DNA of 64,000 bases from Escherichia phage AugustSocin, in the sequence record MZ501052. The stretch is one strand, 5' to 3'. The notes beneath the pieces were generated by a model that worked only from the letters and a program-made list of their open reading frames with translations, was not told the DNA's origin and ran no database searches. Of the stretch, positions 19,594 to 29,281 are shown one piece after another (the stretch's first letter is position 1; each line of letters starts with the position of its first letter). A program made the position numbers and the translations under genes.

Positions 19594-20913
19594 TCACACA
19601 TAAAACACATCATAACGACCACGAGTAACACCAACATAAAGAAGCTGCTGAGCTAGTTCAGCGTCTGCATAATGAATACAAGGCGTATAAATGAAAGCAC
19701 GGTCTACAGACATACCTTGAGCTTTATGGAATGTTGATGCAGGAAGTGCTTTCACTTTACTAAACTGTGATTTAGCATCCCAAAAATCACTCCATGGAGC
19801 TTTTCCGCCTTTGTTCCAATTTTTATAAGTTTCTGCCGTTTTACCTAAAAATAGGTTAAACTTATATAACTCTTCATCAGATGAAATTATTTTAATCTTT
19901 TCACGATAATATTCATCATCGCCGTAAGTTTCTACTGTTAAATCCCAATGACGAATTAAGTATTCTCCAGGAACACCACGAGCTTTAACAAACGTCGATG
20001 TATACTCTGCTTCTATAATACGAACTAATTGTCCGTTATTAAAAATAATTTCTGACACAGGCTTTCCATCAATTTTATATGTTTTAATTAATGGTTCCTG
20101 CATTACAATAATTTCACCGACAATAAAATCTTTATCAGTTTCAAAAATCTTTTTACGAATAATGCTATTTAACTTGTCAACAGATTTATTCGTAAATGCC
20201 ATTACGCGATTTTCAAACAAATCATCTAGTGATTTTACGATTGAAAAATAATTTACCATAAAATCGCGTAAAGCGGTATCACCTGTAAATCCACGTACTC
20301 CATGCCCGTCAACAATTTTATCATAAATCCACTTACCGTTACGAACGTCAGTAGCTACATCAATAATAGGAGCATTACTGCGTTTAACTTCAGTGAGTTC
20401 ACACTGATAAAAATCTTTATGTGTAAAGAATGGACTGATATAAGCAGTGTTTTCTCCTGGGTCAACAGGTCTAATTTGCTTATTATCCCCTATTCCAATT
20501 ATAGTACACCATGGCGGGATAGTTGAAAGTAGAATTTTGAATAGCTTTCTATCATACATTGACACTTCGTCGCAGATTAATACTCTGCATTTAGCTAAAT
20601 CCGGTACTTCTTTTTGTTCAAAAAGAACGTTTTCTTCATATGTTACTGGGTTAATTTTAAGAATACTGTGAATAGTACTCGCTTCTTTCCCTGATAGTTT
20701 TGAAAGAATCTTTTTAGCTGCATGTGTAGGAGCTGCTAAAATAATGCCAGTTTCGCCTGTAGATATTAAGGCTTCAATGATGAACTTGGTAAGAGTAGTC
20801 TTACCAGTACCGGCAGGTCCATTAATAGTCACATGATGTTTCTTTTCTTTGATAGCCCTCATAACAATGTTAAAGGCATTTTTCTGACCTTCGGTCAAAT
20901 CATCAAATGTCAT
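19594..20913 (-). CDS. dda: Dda DNA helicase (SF1)
   Basis: 439-aa ORF; Walker A GPAGTGKT; near-identical to recalled T4 Dda. Confidence 0.95.
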   Translation of the reverse strand: MTFDDLTEGQKNAFNIVMRAIKEKKHHVTINGPAGTGKTTLTKFIIEALISTGETGIILAAPTHAAKKILSKLSGKEASTIHSILKINPVTYEENVLFEQKEVPDLAKCRVLICDEVSMYDRKLFKILLSTIPPWCTIIGIGDNKQIRPVDPGENTAYISPFFTHKDFYQCELTEVKRSNAPIIDVATDVRNGKWIYDKIVDGHGVRGFTGDTALRDFMVNYFSIVKSLDDLFENRVMAFTNKSVDKLNSIIRKKIFETDKDFIVGEIIVMQEPLIKTYKIDGKPVSEIIFNNGQLVRIIEAEYTSTFVKARGVPGEYLIRHWDLTVETYGDDEYYREKIKIISSDEELYKFNLFLGKTAETYKNWNKGGKAPWSDFWDAKSQFSKVKALPASTFHKAQGMSVDRAFIYTPCIHYADAELAQQLLYVGVTRGRYDVFYV

Positions 20914-21221
20914 CGTAAATTCCCTGCAATTGGTATACTAACAATACGCCCAGTATCTAAAATTCGCCGATATAATCTTTGTGTGTCTACATCAGGCTTA
21001 ACATGTTTAACTTCTATTTTATTAAACCAAAACTTGCGTGGAGTCTCAACTAATCTCGGAATTCCCATACCTAAAGCTAGTCGATACTGCTCTTTAAGAG
21101 TAGTAAATACTTTATCAGCAATCTCCCTTTCAAAAAATACAGCAGGGCGATGTTCATCAAGCGGAACTGGCGCCGTAAATCCATCTTTATCTCTATAAAC
21201 TATCGCATATACATAAAACAT
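20910..21221 (-). CDS. hypothetical protein (103 aa), dda.1 position
   Basis: ORF-track ORF; stop/start overlap with dda. Confidence 0.5.
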   Translation of the reverse strand: MFYVYAIVYRDKDGFTAPVPLDEHRPAVFFEREIADKVFTTLKEQYRLALGMGIPRLVETPRKFWFNKIEVKHVKPDVDTQRLYRRILDTGRIVSIPIAGNLR

Positions 21222-21222
21222 A

Positions 21223-21969
21223 TTATCCTCGGATAAGTTTAAAAATTGAACAATTTAGCGGGTATCCTCTTTTCAGTTTAAGTTTATCAATAAAAGACAA
21301 GTTTTGATACCGCTCTACACCTTGAATAATTTTATCACACATATCATATTGCATTTCTGCTTCTGACAACTTTTTCACAGTTTTCCAATCCGAGCCTTTA
21401 AGAAGAACGTTCAATTTAACAACTTCAGTTCCTTCTGCTATACGAGAACCATCAATACGAGCTTTGAGTGCTACAATCGTTAGCTTAACGTCAGAGGTCT
21501 GTTTTGATTTAGAAAGCTGAGAAATGTGCTCAATTCGGTTTTCACGTTTTTTCTGTATAGCTTTAATTTGATTATAAGTCTTTTTGATTTTAGCCCATTT
21601 CTTTTCATCTAAATTTAGTTTATAAACTTTTTTCGCAGATGAACGACCAATTCGCAAAGCAAATAAATCACGCTTTTCAATCAACTCTTCTAAAGTATAA
21701 TCAGAACGAAATGTATTGTACTTTTTCTTTACTGCAATAACATTCCCTTTAATGTATCCAACGTTATTATCAAAACGTTCTAATGATAATTTCTCTCCTT
21801 CAATACGATTATCAAAAGGTTCTCCTGAGTAAGCGCAAACTTTCTGATCTAAAATGTTCTTAATGTAATTGAAGTCTAAGTTAAAATCTTTAGAACGTCT
21901 TTTAGCAGATGCCTGAGTGTGCTCTAGACGACGTGTAATTTTACGAATTTGATTTTTAGACAGTTTCAT
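21223..21969 (-). CDS. srd: Srd-like protein (sigma-factor-related)
   Basis: 248-aa basic ORF; size and position between dda.1 and modA. Confidence 0.6.
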   Translation of the reverse strand: MKLSKNQIRKITRRLEHTQASAKRRSKDFNLDFNYIKNILDQKVCAYSGEPFDNRIEGEKLSLERFDNNVGYIKGNVIAVKKKYNTFRSDYTLEELIEKRDLFALRIGRSSAKKVYKLNLDEKKWAKIKKTYNQIKAIQKKRENRIEHISQLSKSKQTSDVKLTIVALKARIDGSRIAEGTEVVKLNVLLKGSDWKTVKKLSEAEMQYDMCDKIIQGVERYQNLSFIDKLKLKRGYPLNCSIFKLIRG

Positions 21970-22084
21970 ATTTTTCTCACGGACGGGTTAACTACTTATA
22001 CTATAACATTTTACTTCAGCTTGTAAACAACTTTATGAAAAATGCTTTAAAACTTTCATGGTATAATGAATCTAAGTCCTTCCA

Positions 22085-22687
22085 TTATAGATTAAATCCT
22101 TCAAAATCAAGAGTATAGATAGTGTATGTTGAATACTTTTTATACTCGTATCTATCCGCAATTCTAAATACACTTCCAGCTGGTATCATTACTTCTTGTT
22201 CATCTGAAACTAATTCCATATTACGATAGCGATGGCTATCCGGAAACTTAAAACTCGGACTATATTCTTTACAACGTAAAGCTTTTATAGCATACTCCTG
22301 GAAATTAAACACCATAGGAGCTTTGAATTCAAAAATAACTTGTGTGTTGTATTCTAATCCAGAAGCAAAATGTAGAGCTATATTTTTATCATATGAAGCT
22401 GATACTACTTTATCAAATGTAATAATATCAATTCCTTGATTTAACACCTGTTTAGTCTCAACTGGAACACCTCTCCAAAGAGGTTTATCGTTTGGAACCA
22501 AACGAGATTTGACTATTTCATTTAACCAAGAATGATCGTCTGGTTTATTAGTAATACAATGAATTAAAAGTTCAATTTCAGATAAATTAAATCCTTCGGA
22601 AAGTAATTCTTCACGAATAGAAGCACGCACAGATGCATCCATTGATTTGATTTTAAAATCTTTTAATTGCATTGCTGAATATTTCAT
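22085..22687 (-). CDS. modA: ADP-ribosyltransferase ModA
   Basis: 200-aa ORF with R / S-x-S / E-x-E motifs (LWRG, SAS, EQEVMIP). Confidence 0.7.
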   Translation of the reverse strand: MKYSAMQLKDFKIKSMDASVRASIREELLSEGFNLSEIELLIHCITNKPDDHSWLNEIVKSRLVPNDKPLWRGVPVETKQVLNQGIDIITFDKVVSASYDKNIALHFASGLEYNTQVIFEFKAPMVFNFQEYAIKALRCKEYSPSFKFPDSHRYRNMELVSDEQEVMIPAGSVFRIADRYEYKKYSTYTIYTLDFEGFNL

Positions 22688-23307
22688 TCAACTACCTCAA
22701 TATCATACACTTTAAATGTTCCAAATGAATCGTGTAATTTTTCTTTTGAAATAGAAGTTATTTTATACTTTCCAATTGGAATCATCCATTCCTGTTCACG
22801 CACAATCATCATTAAGTTATCAGTACGTTCTGAATCTAATCCATCAGTATCTTCATATGTATACTTAAACTCAGTATTAGGAGAAGAAAGTATAATATCG
22901 CTGATATGGTCAGAGTAATTAAAAGCTTTATCAGTTTTTAAACGAAGTATTGTTTCAGTGAAATATTCAGCGTAAGAAAAAGAACATGCTGTGAACAAAC
23001 TAGTAGTAAATGAATCTACTCTGTTCGTTGAAAACACTTCTCCAACTTGTAAATCTTTAATGAGTTCTTTTGTCGATTTTGATATACCACGATATAGCTG
23101 ATAAGGTGATTTAGTTAAATGCTTTTTAATGATTTTATTCAACTGCTGATGAAGAGCTTCATTCTTTTTGGCTTCCATACATTGCCAAAGAATTGACTGT
23201 TCAAAGTCAGTAAATTTTTCACAGACCTTTTTATACATATCATATTGAAAATCAACGCTTTCAGCTTTTATAGATAACTGTTCAACATCTGCAAGATTAA
23301 TAATCAT
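22684..23307 (-). CDS. modB: ADP-ribosyltransferase ModB
   Basis: 207-aa ORF with ART motifs (YRG, STN, EQEWMIP); overlaps the modA start. Confidence 0.7.
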   Translation of the reverse strand: MIINLADVEQLSIKAESVDFQYDMYKKVCEKFTDFEQSILWQCMEAKKNEALHQQLNKIIKKHLTKSPYQLYRGISKSTKELIKDLQVGEVFSTNRVDSFTTSLFTACSFSYAEYFTETILRLKTDKAFNYSDHISDIILSSPNTEFKYTYEDTDGLDSERTDNLMMIVREQEWMIPIGKYKITSISKEKLHDSFGTFKVYDIEVVE

Positions 23308-23333
23308 GATAGCCTCCGTATACTTCAGAAGCT

Positions 23334-23363
23334 ATCATATCATCGTTAGAAAGGAAAGTAAAC
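23334..23363 (-). promoter_or_regulatory. early-type promoter for modB/modA
   Basis: -10 TATGAT, 18-nt spacer, -35 GTTTAC. Confidence 0.45.
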
Positions 23364-23374
23364 AACTTTTTGAA

Positions 23375-23557
23375 TTATTTTGCCCAGGGAGCCCAGGGCG
23401 GAGGGTCAAGATGGTATGAAGCTAGTTCTTCTAGAAGAGCATCTGGGGCTTCAATTCCATAATTCTGTAATACTATACGGTACTCTTTCTTATAATCACT
23501 AGAATCATTCTGGATATTCGTAGAATGATTATCTTCTAACATCTCAAATAAATCCAT
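23375..23557 (-). CDS. hypothetical protein (60 aa)
   Basis: ORF-track ORF. Confidence 0.4.
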   Translation of the reverse strand: MDLFEMLEDNHSTNIQNDSSDYKKEYRIVLQNYGIEAPDALLEELASYHLDPPPWAPWAK

Positions 23558-23565
23558 ATTAATTC

Positions 23566-24036
23566 CTAGCGATAAAAACCAAAGTGACGATTAGCTTCAG
23601 CAATCTTTCTTTCTTCTTCGGACATTCTCCAGCGTAGTCCAACGTCAAAATGAGCCCAGACCATCTTAACAAATGCGTTTATATCTTTAATATCTTCAAT
23701 AATGAATGTTTTACTTTTAAAAGGCTGACTCGCTAATTTAACTTTATCATCTTCAAACAGGTCAAAAAGACCATATTCATGAGCTCTTTTATAGCCTTTA
23801 ATAGTTAAAGCTTCAGAAGAAGAAAATGGTGAATCTGTATTTTGCAAAATATCTTCAGTATGCTTTATAATTAGAATAACATTTTCTGGATATTTTCTTT
23901 CTTTTATATCTTTAATTAAAATATCCGGATTTTCTGCTAAAGGAATAATCAATGAGCAATTTTTATCAAGCGTATTTACTGATTTACCTTCTTTAGACAT
24001 AAATTCTATTGAATAATGTTTTGCTACTTCAATCAT
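23566..24036 (-). CDS. hypothetical protein (156 aa)
   Basis: ORF-track ORF. Confidence 0.5.
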
Positions 24037-24189
24037 GTGATTTCCTTTTGCCTACTAATGGACCGTCGGGAATTTTGTTTTCCTGGATATACTTCTCATT
24101 TTCTTCCATCATTTTACTACCAATTTTAAGAAGCAAATCCATTGCTTCATTTGCTTTAGCTTTAGCCTCTTCTAACGTCATATCTTTGT

Positions 24190-24393
24190 TCATGATTTAT
24201 CACCATAGATGTCTCTCATCAATTTAAGCGCTGAGCGTTCTAATTTCTTTTCTTTCTCAGCACTAATCATTGATTTCATCCATTCTTCCGATTCATTCTG
24301 CATTTCTTTATTTGCTTGTTCAACCCAACCATCATCAATATACATTGAGTTTGGTCTATTGAACCATTCAAGAATCTTCTTCAGAACTTTCAT
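24190..24393 (-). CDS. hypothetical protein (67 aa)
   Basis: ORF-track ORF. Confidence 0.4.
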
Positions 24394-24865
24394 TTGTTTT
24401 ACCTAAAACAATAGTAGGAGCATCGTCAAATTCATGAATTTTTAGCAATTTTGGATTTAAATTATTCCATACATAATAAATGAAGTATGATAAAGCATCT
24501 TCACTCGCAATTATAAATTTATTTCCTTTATCTATTTTCCAGTCATATACTGAATCGTACGAATAAAAAGATAAAGGCTTATCATTATATTGTTCTGCGC
24601 TAACATTAATGTATTCGGATTTAGTAAATGCTTCAATTGCTCTAAACGGACTATTTGGAACAGTTTCAATAATACCAATCTTTTTAAGTTTTATTTCAGC
24701 ATCTTCTGGAACTGGCATTGAAACGAAATTTTCTACGAGATACATAGGATTACGATAACCCTTATCAATAATTACAGCTACAGTAATTGGAACATCTTTA
24801 GCAAATGACATGCTATTACTGCTAATATACATTTCAAACAAAATAGCTTCCATAATTTTCCTCAA
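24368..24865 (-). CDS. hypothetical protein (165 aa)
   Basis: ORF-track ORF. Confidence 0.5.
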   Translation of the reverse strand: MRKIMEAILFEMYISSNSMSFAKDVPITVAVIIDKGYRNPMYLVENFVSMPVPEDAEIKLKKIGIIETVPNSPFRAIEAFTKSEYINVSAEQYNDKPLSFYSYDSVYDWKIDKGNKFIIASEDALSYFIYYVWNNLNPKLLKIHEFDDAPTIVLGKTNESSEEDS

Positions 24866-25203
24866 TCACAAGATGTAGATGAACAACTAGAATCACAAGA
24901 ACTTCCACATGAATCGCCCGTCCATACATGAACAGGAACATTAGTATCATATGAATCAGAACTAGACTGTGTATTCTGTGTGTTAGATGATGTAGTAGGT
25001 ACTGACCAGCGCCAAGGATTTTTATAATATTCTTGGGCTTCTTCATAAGTCATAGTAACTGCTTCTACTGTTCCATCTCCCATATAAACATACTCAACTA
25101 CAGTTAAAGGGAGATAGTCATTTGAAATAGGAACTACACCTTCCCCAGGAGTTGTAGAGAAAAAATCCGTAAAGAAACTTTTAAACCAATTAAAGATAAA
25201 CAT
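24862..25203 (-). CDS. hypothetical protein with Cys/Ser-rich C-terminal tail (113 aa)
   Basis: ORF-track ORF; C-terminus [18 protein letters not shown]. Confidence 0.45.
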   Translation of the reverse strand: MFIFNWFKSFFTDFFSTTPGEGVVPISNDYLPLTVVEYVYMGDGTVEAVTMTYEEAQEYYKNPWRWSVPTTSSNTQNTQSSSDSYDTNVPVHVWTGDSCGSSCDSSCSSTSCD

Positions 25204-25409
25204 TACAAAAAGCCTCTTTTGAATTCAACTTGTTTATCGCCATAATCATATCGAATCTCTGCATTAAATTCGACAGAACCATCTGCGTACATCATAAATG
25301 AATGCACAACAACTTCTGTAGACCATGGTTGTAGTTCATATTTCTTCATTACATGCCGTGAAATGATAATATCTAAATCTTCATTTGGTTTAATCCAGCG
25401 ATTTAACAT
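25203..25409 (-). CDS. hypothetical protein (68 aa)
   Basis: ORF-track ORF with early promoter upstream. Confidence 0.45.
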   Translation of the reverse strand: MLNRWIKPNEDLDIIISRHVMKKYELQPWSTEVVVHSFMMYADGSVEFNAEIRYDYGDKQVEFKRGFL

Positions 25410-25434
25410 AGTACTCTCCTCTATAAGATAATTC

Positions 25435-25464
25435 TATTATACCATACTCATTTTGGAAAGTAAA
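25435..25464 (-). promoter_or_regulatory. T4-type early promoter
   Basis: -10 TATAAT, 18-nt spacer, -35 GTTTAC. Confidence 0.55.
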
Positions 25465-25482
25465 CCGGTAAAATGAAAAAAA

Positions 25483-25500
25483 GGACTCCCTAGGGAGTCC
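25483..25500 (-). terminator. intrinsic terminator downstream of soc
   Basis: GGACTCCC-TA-GGGAGTCC hairpin followed by TTTTTTTCATTTT on the minus strand. Confidence 0.6.
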
Positions 25501-25511
25501 TTGAATTATTA

Positions 25512-25681
25512 ACCACCTATTTCTGTAGGCGTAAACATTGCAGCATTCTTAGTTTTCCAAGTTGCTGCATCGGAAACTACATCAGAATAAGCTGCTACCA
25601 CCTATTTCTGTAGGCGTAAACATTGCAGCATTCTTAGTTTTCCAAGTTGCTGCATCGGAAACTACATCAGAATAAGCTGCT
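25512..25681. repeat. perfect 85-bp tandem direct duplication (2 copies) spanning the soc 3' end
   Basis: 25512..25596 and 25597..25681 identical on base-by-base comparison. Confidence 0.85.
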
Positions 25682-25830
25682 TTTTCTGACGGAAAGATTT
25701 GATAATGAGAATCTGCAATACGGTGTTCATTTGAATATACATCAAATGCTACAGAAACTTCCATACCTTTAACTTCTTTGCCTTCACCTGCTGGATGAGT
25801 AAAGGTCTTGATGTTAACGAAACCACCCAT
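25582..25830 (-). CDS. soc: small outer capsid protein Soc (divergent; C-terminus altered by the duplication)
   Basis: 82-aa ORF with VNIKTF, VSVAF and HYQxFPSEKAAYS blocks; AAGGAG RBS; late promoter upstream. Confidence 0.8.
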   Translation of the reverse strand: MGGFVNIKTFTHPAGEGKEVKGMEVSVAFDVYSNEHRIADSHYQIFPSEKAAYSDVVSDAATWKTKNAAMFTPTEIGGSSLF

Positions 25831-25861
25831 AATAAACTCCTTTATTGTTTAATTACAGGTG

Positions 25862-25869
25862 TATTTATA
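25862..25869 (-). promoter_or_regulatory. late promoter (TATAAATA) for soc
   Basis: plus-strand tatttata is the reverse complement of TATAAATA, about 30 nt upstream of the soc ATG. Confidence 0.6.
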
Positions 25870-26011
25870 ACTTACAATTTAGCGGCTTTCCAGAGTTGTT
25901 CAATAATCTCTTGGTCTATTTCTTTAGTTATTTCATTACGTAATAAAGCAGTAAGGGCTTTCGCCCTTTTCTTATTCAACTTTTTGAGTTGACGTTTATT
26001 TAAACGAGACA

Positions 26012-26530
26012 TTAATAACCTCGGTCCTGACGAGCAAAGTTCTCGGCATTTTTCAGATAATAAAGTTTAAAGATTTCTTCTGCTGTAAGACCAAGACCTT
26101 GGAACATGTTCAGAACGAAATGGAGAATATCAATCATTTCAAACTTAATTTCCAGTTGGTCTTGTGGAGACAAATCAGTAATCAGAGTTTCACGACGTTC
26201 ACCATGCTGCGACTTCCAAGGTTTCCATACAGCAGATGCGTCTTTTTCACCATTACTCATACCACCAAGAGAAGTTAGAAGTTCACGGAATTCATCGTCA
26301 ATATAATCTTTCTGATTACGCAACCAATCAACAACTTCACCGGCAGTAGCCAAATCATCAGGATGACGATTATATTCAGGTTTATCTTTAGCTAAACGAA
26401 TCTGCAGAGATTTCTGCATGTCAAGCATTACCTGCAGCGGGTCTTTTTCATCACCGAGAATATCCCAATATTCATTTTGAGCTTTATCAACACCTTCGAT
26501 CAAATGAGCACATTCATTAAAGTGAGCCAT
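26012..26530 (-). CDS. 56: dCTP pyrophosphatase gp56
   Basis: about 171 aa from MAHFNECAHLIEG; AAGGAAA RBS; MazG-like; the track ORF has a 31-codon spurious extension. Confidence 0.88.
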   Translation of the reverse strand: MAHFNECAHLIEGVDKAQNEYWDILGDEKDPLQVMLDMQKSLQIRLAKDKPEYNRHPDDLATAGEVVDWLRNQKDYIDDEFRELLTSLGGMSNGEKDASAVWKPWKSQHGERRETLITDLSPQDQLEIKFEMIDILHFVLNMFQGLGLTAEEIFKLYYLKNAENFARQDRGY

Positions 26531-26601
26531 TATTTTTCCTTTCAATTCATGGGTTAGTAGATTAATTATACAATAAATATATAAAGCAATAAGGAGGACA
26601 T

Positions 26602-26802
26602 ATGGTACAAAAATTAATGGCACTTGTTAATGCCATCAAAGGTAATAAAAAGCGTATAGCTTTTACTATTTCTGCTATGGTAGGAATTTTACTCTGGAAC
26701 TTTATTTTATCACCTGTTGCAATTGCACATGGTATTAATATTCCAGTAGTTACTCTTGATACGTTCGTAGATTTAGCATTTGCTTTAGTTGGGTTAATTT
26801 AA
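26602..26802 (+). CDS. hypothetical small hydrophobic protein (66 aa) on the plus strand
   Basis: strong AAGGAGG RBS 5 nt before the ATG; stop overlaps the gene 61 stop (convergent). Confidence 0.4.
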   Translation: MVQKLMALVNAIKGNKKRIAFTISAMVGILLWNFILSPVAIAHGINIPVVTLDTFVDLAFALVGLI

Positions 26803-27827
26803 ATCTTAGCATATTTAGATAGCCGCATTTTAGCCATCAACCCCTGTGCAATATTATTTTTCATATATTCCATAATTTGTTCAGGGGTTGCACCTTCCTT
26901 TCTAATCATATCATTAACATCTTTTGATTTCCAGGGAGATTTATCCCAAAACATAACCCTTTCTCCTGCATCAACTAATTTAGTCATTCGCTTAATAGTG
27001 TCAGGATGACGAGGTTCATTATCTAAAACCCACACACGTCTATCTTTAAATGGAACAACTTCTAGGTCTAATTGACCACCCGTAATAGCTATACCATTTT
27101 CAATAAAAAGTGAATCTATAGGTCCTTCTAGAACATATACATCACCATCTTTAACTCGTTCGACTCCATAGATTTTTGTTGCCTCAGGATAAGCTTTGAT
27201 GGTGATATATTTTTGAGGAGCATCTTTCTTTAATGCACGTCCTTGAAAAGACTCAGCTTTTCCATTAGCATTATAAATTGGAATAACAAGACGAGGCTCA
27301 GGTATTTCCTTTTTATATGTTCCTGGTGCTATGCTATTAACTAATTTAGGCCATTCAGTTGTAAACCAAAGATATTTCCATTTATCCTTTGGAATACAAC
27401 GAGCTTTTACATATTTTATAATTGGATGGTCTTCCGCCAGTTTATCTAATCTAACACATGACGGAAGAGATTTAATTATTTTCTTCTCAGGTTGTTTAGG
27501 AAGTTCTTTAGGTTTTTCTACTGGACGACTTTTACCTTTTTCTTTTCTTATTTCAAAGATATACTCACGATATAAATCGGGTTCAAACTCCTTTAAATAT
27601 ATTCCGATTGGTGCATGATAGTTACAGTTATAACAATGAATATTTCCTTCATTATTATCACCATAATACCATCCACGAGCTTTATTCTGATCGGTTTTTG
27701 AATCTCCACAAACAGGGCATCTAAACCGCAATTTAAAAGTTGAACTATTATTTACTTGTGTGAATTTAGGTAAATGAGCTAATGCACGATACGCAAACTC
27801 ATTATCAATCCAAGGTATTGATGACAT
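26799..27827 (-). CDS. 61: DNA primase gp61
   Basis: 342-aa ORF; N-terminal zinc ribbon (CPVCGDS...CYNCNYH) and Toprim region. Confidence 0.92.
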   Translation of the reverse strand: MSSIPWIDNEFAYRALAHLPKFTQVNNSSTFKLRFRCPVCGDSKTDQNKARGWYYGDNNEGNIHCYNCNYHAPIGIYLKEFEPDLYREYIFEIRKEKGKSRPVEKPKELPKQPEKKIIKSLPSCVRLDKLAEDHPIIKYVKARCIPKDKWKYLWFTTEWPKLVNSIAPGTYKKEIPEPRLVIPIYNANGKAESFQGRALKKDAPQKYITIKAYPEATKIYGVERVKDGDVYVLEGPIDSLFIENGIAITGGQLDLEVVPFKDRRVWVLDNEPRHPDTIKRMTKLVDAGERVMFWDKSPWKSKDVNDMIRKEGATPEQIMEYMKNNIAQGLMAKMRLSKYAKI

Positions 27828-27829
27828 TT

Positions 27830-27994
27830 TTACTCTTCTTTTTCTTTAGATTCCTCTTTCTTCTTTTTAGGAATCTGTTCAGGACCTTTATTTACTACAG
27901 CGCCCGACGTTGTTCCAGTAGAGATATTTTCAGGATTACCACCTGAATCTCCAGCTACCATATCTTCTTTAATAAATTCTTTATATGTTTTCAT
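27830..27994 (-). CDS. small lysine-rich protein (54 aa)
   Basis: hand-translated MKTYKEFIKED...; GAGG RBS; sits inside a repeated junction sequence. Confidence 0.4.
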   Translation of the reverse strand: MKTYKEFIKEDMVAGDSGGNPENISTGTTSGAVVNKGPEQIPKKKKEESKEKEE

Positions 27995-27995
27995 A

Positions 27996-28352
27996 TTAAC
28001 CTCTATTCATAAAAGCATTAAAAATTTGGTCATCAATAGATGGCACAGTAATATTTTCTGCATCATTTAGCAAATCATTAATTTCATCAGATAGCATAAC
28101 ACATGTGCCTTTATTTCCTGTAATTGTTACTGCACAATTACGAACGTTTTCTTTATCAAATTTTAGGTTAATATTTTCGTAGTGAAAATCCTTTAATGCC
28201 GAATATATCTTTAAAATGAAATTGTCTTTTACTACAATAAACCCAACCTCACTATTAAAACGTGGTTCATGGAAACTGTAATAAACCTTTTCATCTATAA
28301 AATCGTATGAAATTTTTTCCATTTTTAAATATGAAAATTCAGAACTATACAT
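27996..28352 (-). CDS. hypothetical protein (118 aa), paralog of the next gene at the C-terminus
   Basis: C-terminus IDDQIFNAFMNRG shared with the 213-aa neighbour. Confidence 0.5.
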   Translation of the reverse strand: MYSSEFSYLKMEKISYDFIDEKVYYSFHEPRFNSEVGFIVVKDNFILKIYSALKDFHYENINLKFDKENVRNCAVTITGNKGTCVMLSDEINDLLNDAENITVPSIDDQIFNAFMNRG

Positions 28353-28353
28353 A

Positions 28354-28995
28354 TTAACCTTTATTCATAAAAGCATTAAAAATTTGATCGTCAATAGAAA
28401 CATTTACTTTAGACTGTTTTTCTGATGGTAATTCATATCCACATATTACAATTTTGTGATCAATATCAAAATACACAGAAGCAATATGATTAATGATGTT
28501 TTCAGTAAAGTCTAAATCAACATCAATATCTTTTTGACCACAGCCCAAAGGATAAATAATGCGAGTAATTCGATTATCTTTAACAAATATTCCACCGACA
28601 TACTCTGTGCTGCGTTTAAAGTTTACACGTTTCCTAAATGAAAAATATTCAGGTTCTTTATGAGCCCGACTCATAGGACACAATGAGTAGCTAGAATAAG
28701 AGATGTCAAATCCTACACCTTCAATATGAGCCAACGCGTCATGATTAAACCAATTATAATCATATGCCAAATCCATTATATTGTAATATGTGAAAGGCAC
28801 CGGATTAACATCATGTGTTGTACCTTTAAAATCTGCCCAGGCAACGATTTCGTTATCTTTAACAATTACAAAAATTGTGTCAATAAGATATCCACGGTTA
28901 TTTTCATCAGGCGTTATATTATAACATTGTGCATCAGGAAATTTACCGTATTTAAACGGTGGATTTTTGTGCATATAATAAATCATATTATTCAC
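28354..28995 (-). CDS. hypothetical protein (213 aa)
   Basis: ORF-track ORF; C-terminus SIDDQIFNAFMNKG. Confidence 0.55.
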   Translation of the reverse strand: MNNMIYYMHKNPPFKYGKFPDAQCYNITPDENNRGYLIDTIFVIVKDNEIVAWADFKGTTHDVNPVPFTYYNIMDLAYDYNWFNHDALAHIEGVGFDISYSSYSLCPMSRAHKEPEYFSFRKRVNFKRSTEYVGGIFVKDNRITRIIYPLGCGQKDIDVDLDFTENIINHIASVYFDIDHKIVICGYELPSEKQSKVNVSIDDQIFNAFMNKG

Positions 28996-29281
28996 CTGTG
29001 ATTTCGGTTACGATATTTTTGTTATTAAAGTTTTTATCGCAATACAGAACATAATTATACTGCATTACACCACCAGACTTAAGTTGTTTTTGCACTTCAG
29101 CTTTCATTTTAGGACGATCGCGCTCAACAATATTCATAATATCCGCTTCAATTTGAGTTTCAACTTCAGTCTGATCTACAGTCATAGACCATTCACACAA
29201 GTCTTTATCATATCCTGCCATAGCAGGCTGAGCAGCACAAGAAGCCAAAGTAAAAATTGTAGCAAAAATAAATTTTTTCAT
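28988..29281 (-). CDS. sp: Spackle periplasmic protein
   Basis: 97-aa ORF with signal peptide MKKFIFATIFTLASCAAQPAMA; matches recalled T4 Sp. Confidence 0.85.
   Translation of the reverse strand: MKKFIFATIFTLASCAAQPAMAGYDKDLCEWSMTVDQTEVETQIEADIMNIVERDRPKMKAEVQKQLKSGGVMQYNYVLYCDKNFNNKNIVTEITGE

Noticed and set aside
22055-22070. Plus-strand extended -10 (TGGTATAAT) near the modA 3' end
   Set aside because: No plus-strand gene downstream and no matching -35; probably chance in AT-rich DNA.
24834-25046. His/Leu-rich 70-aa ORF
   Set aside because: Alternate frame overlapping two better-supported ORFs (24368..24865 and 24862..25203).
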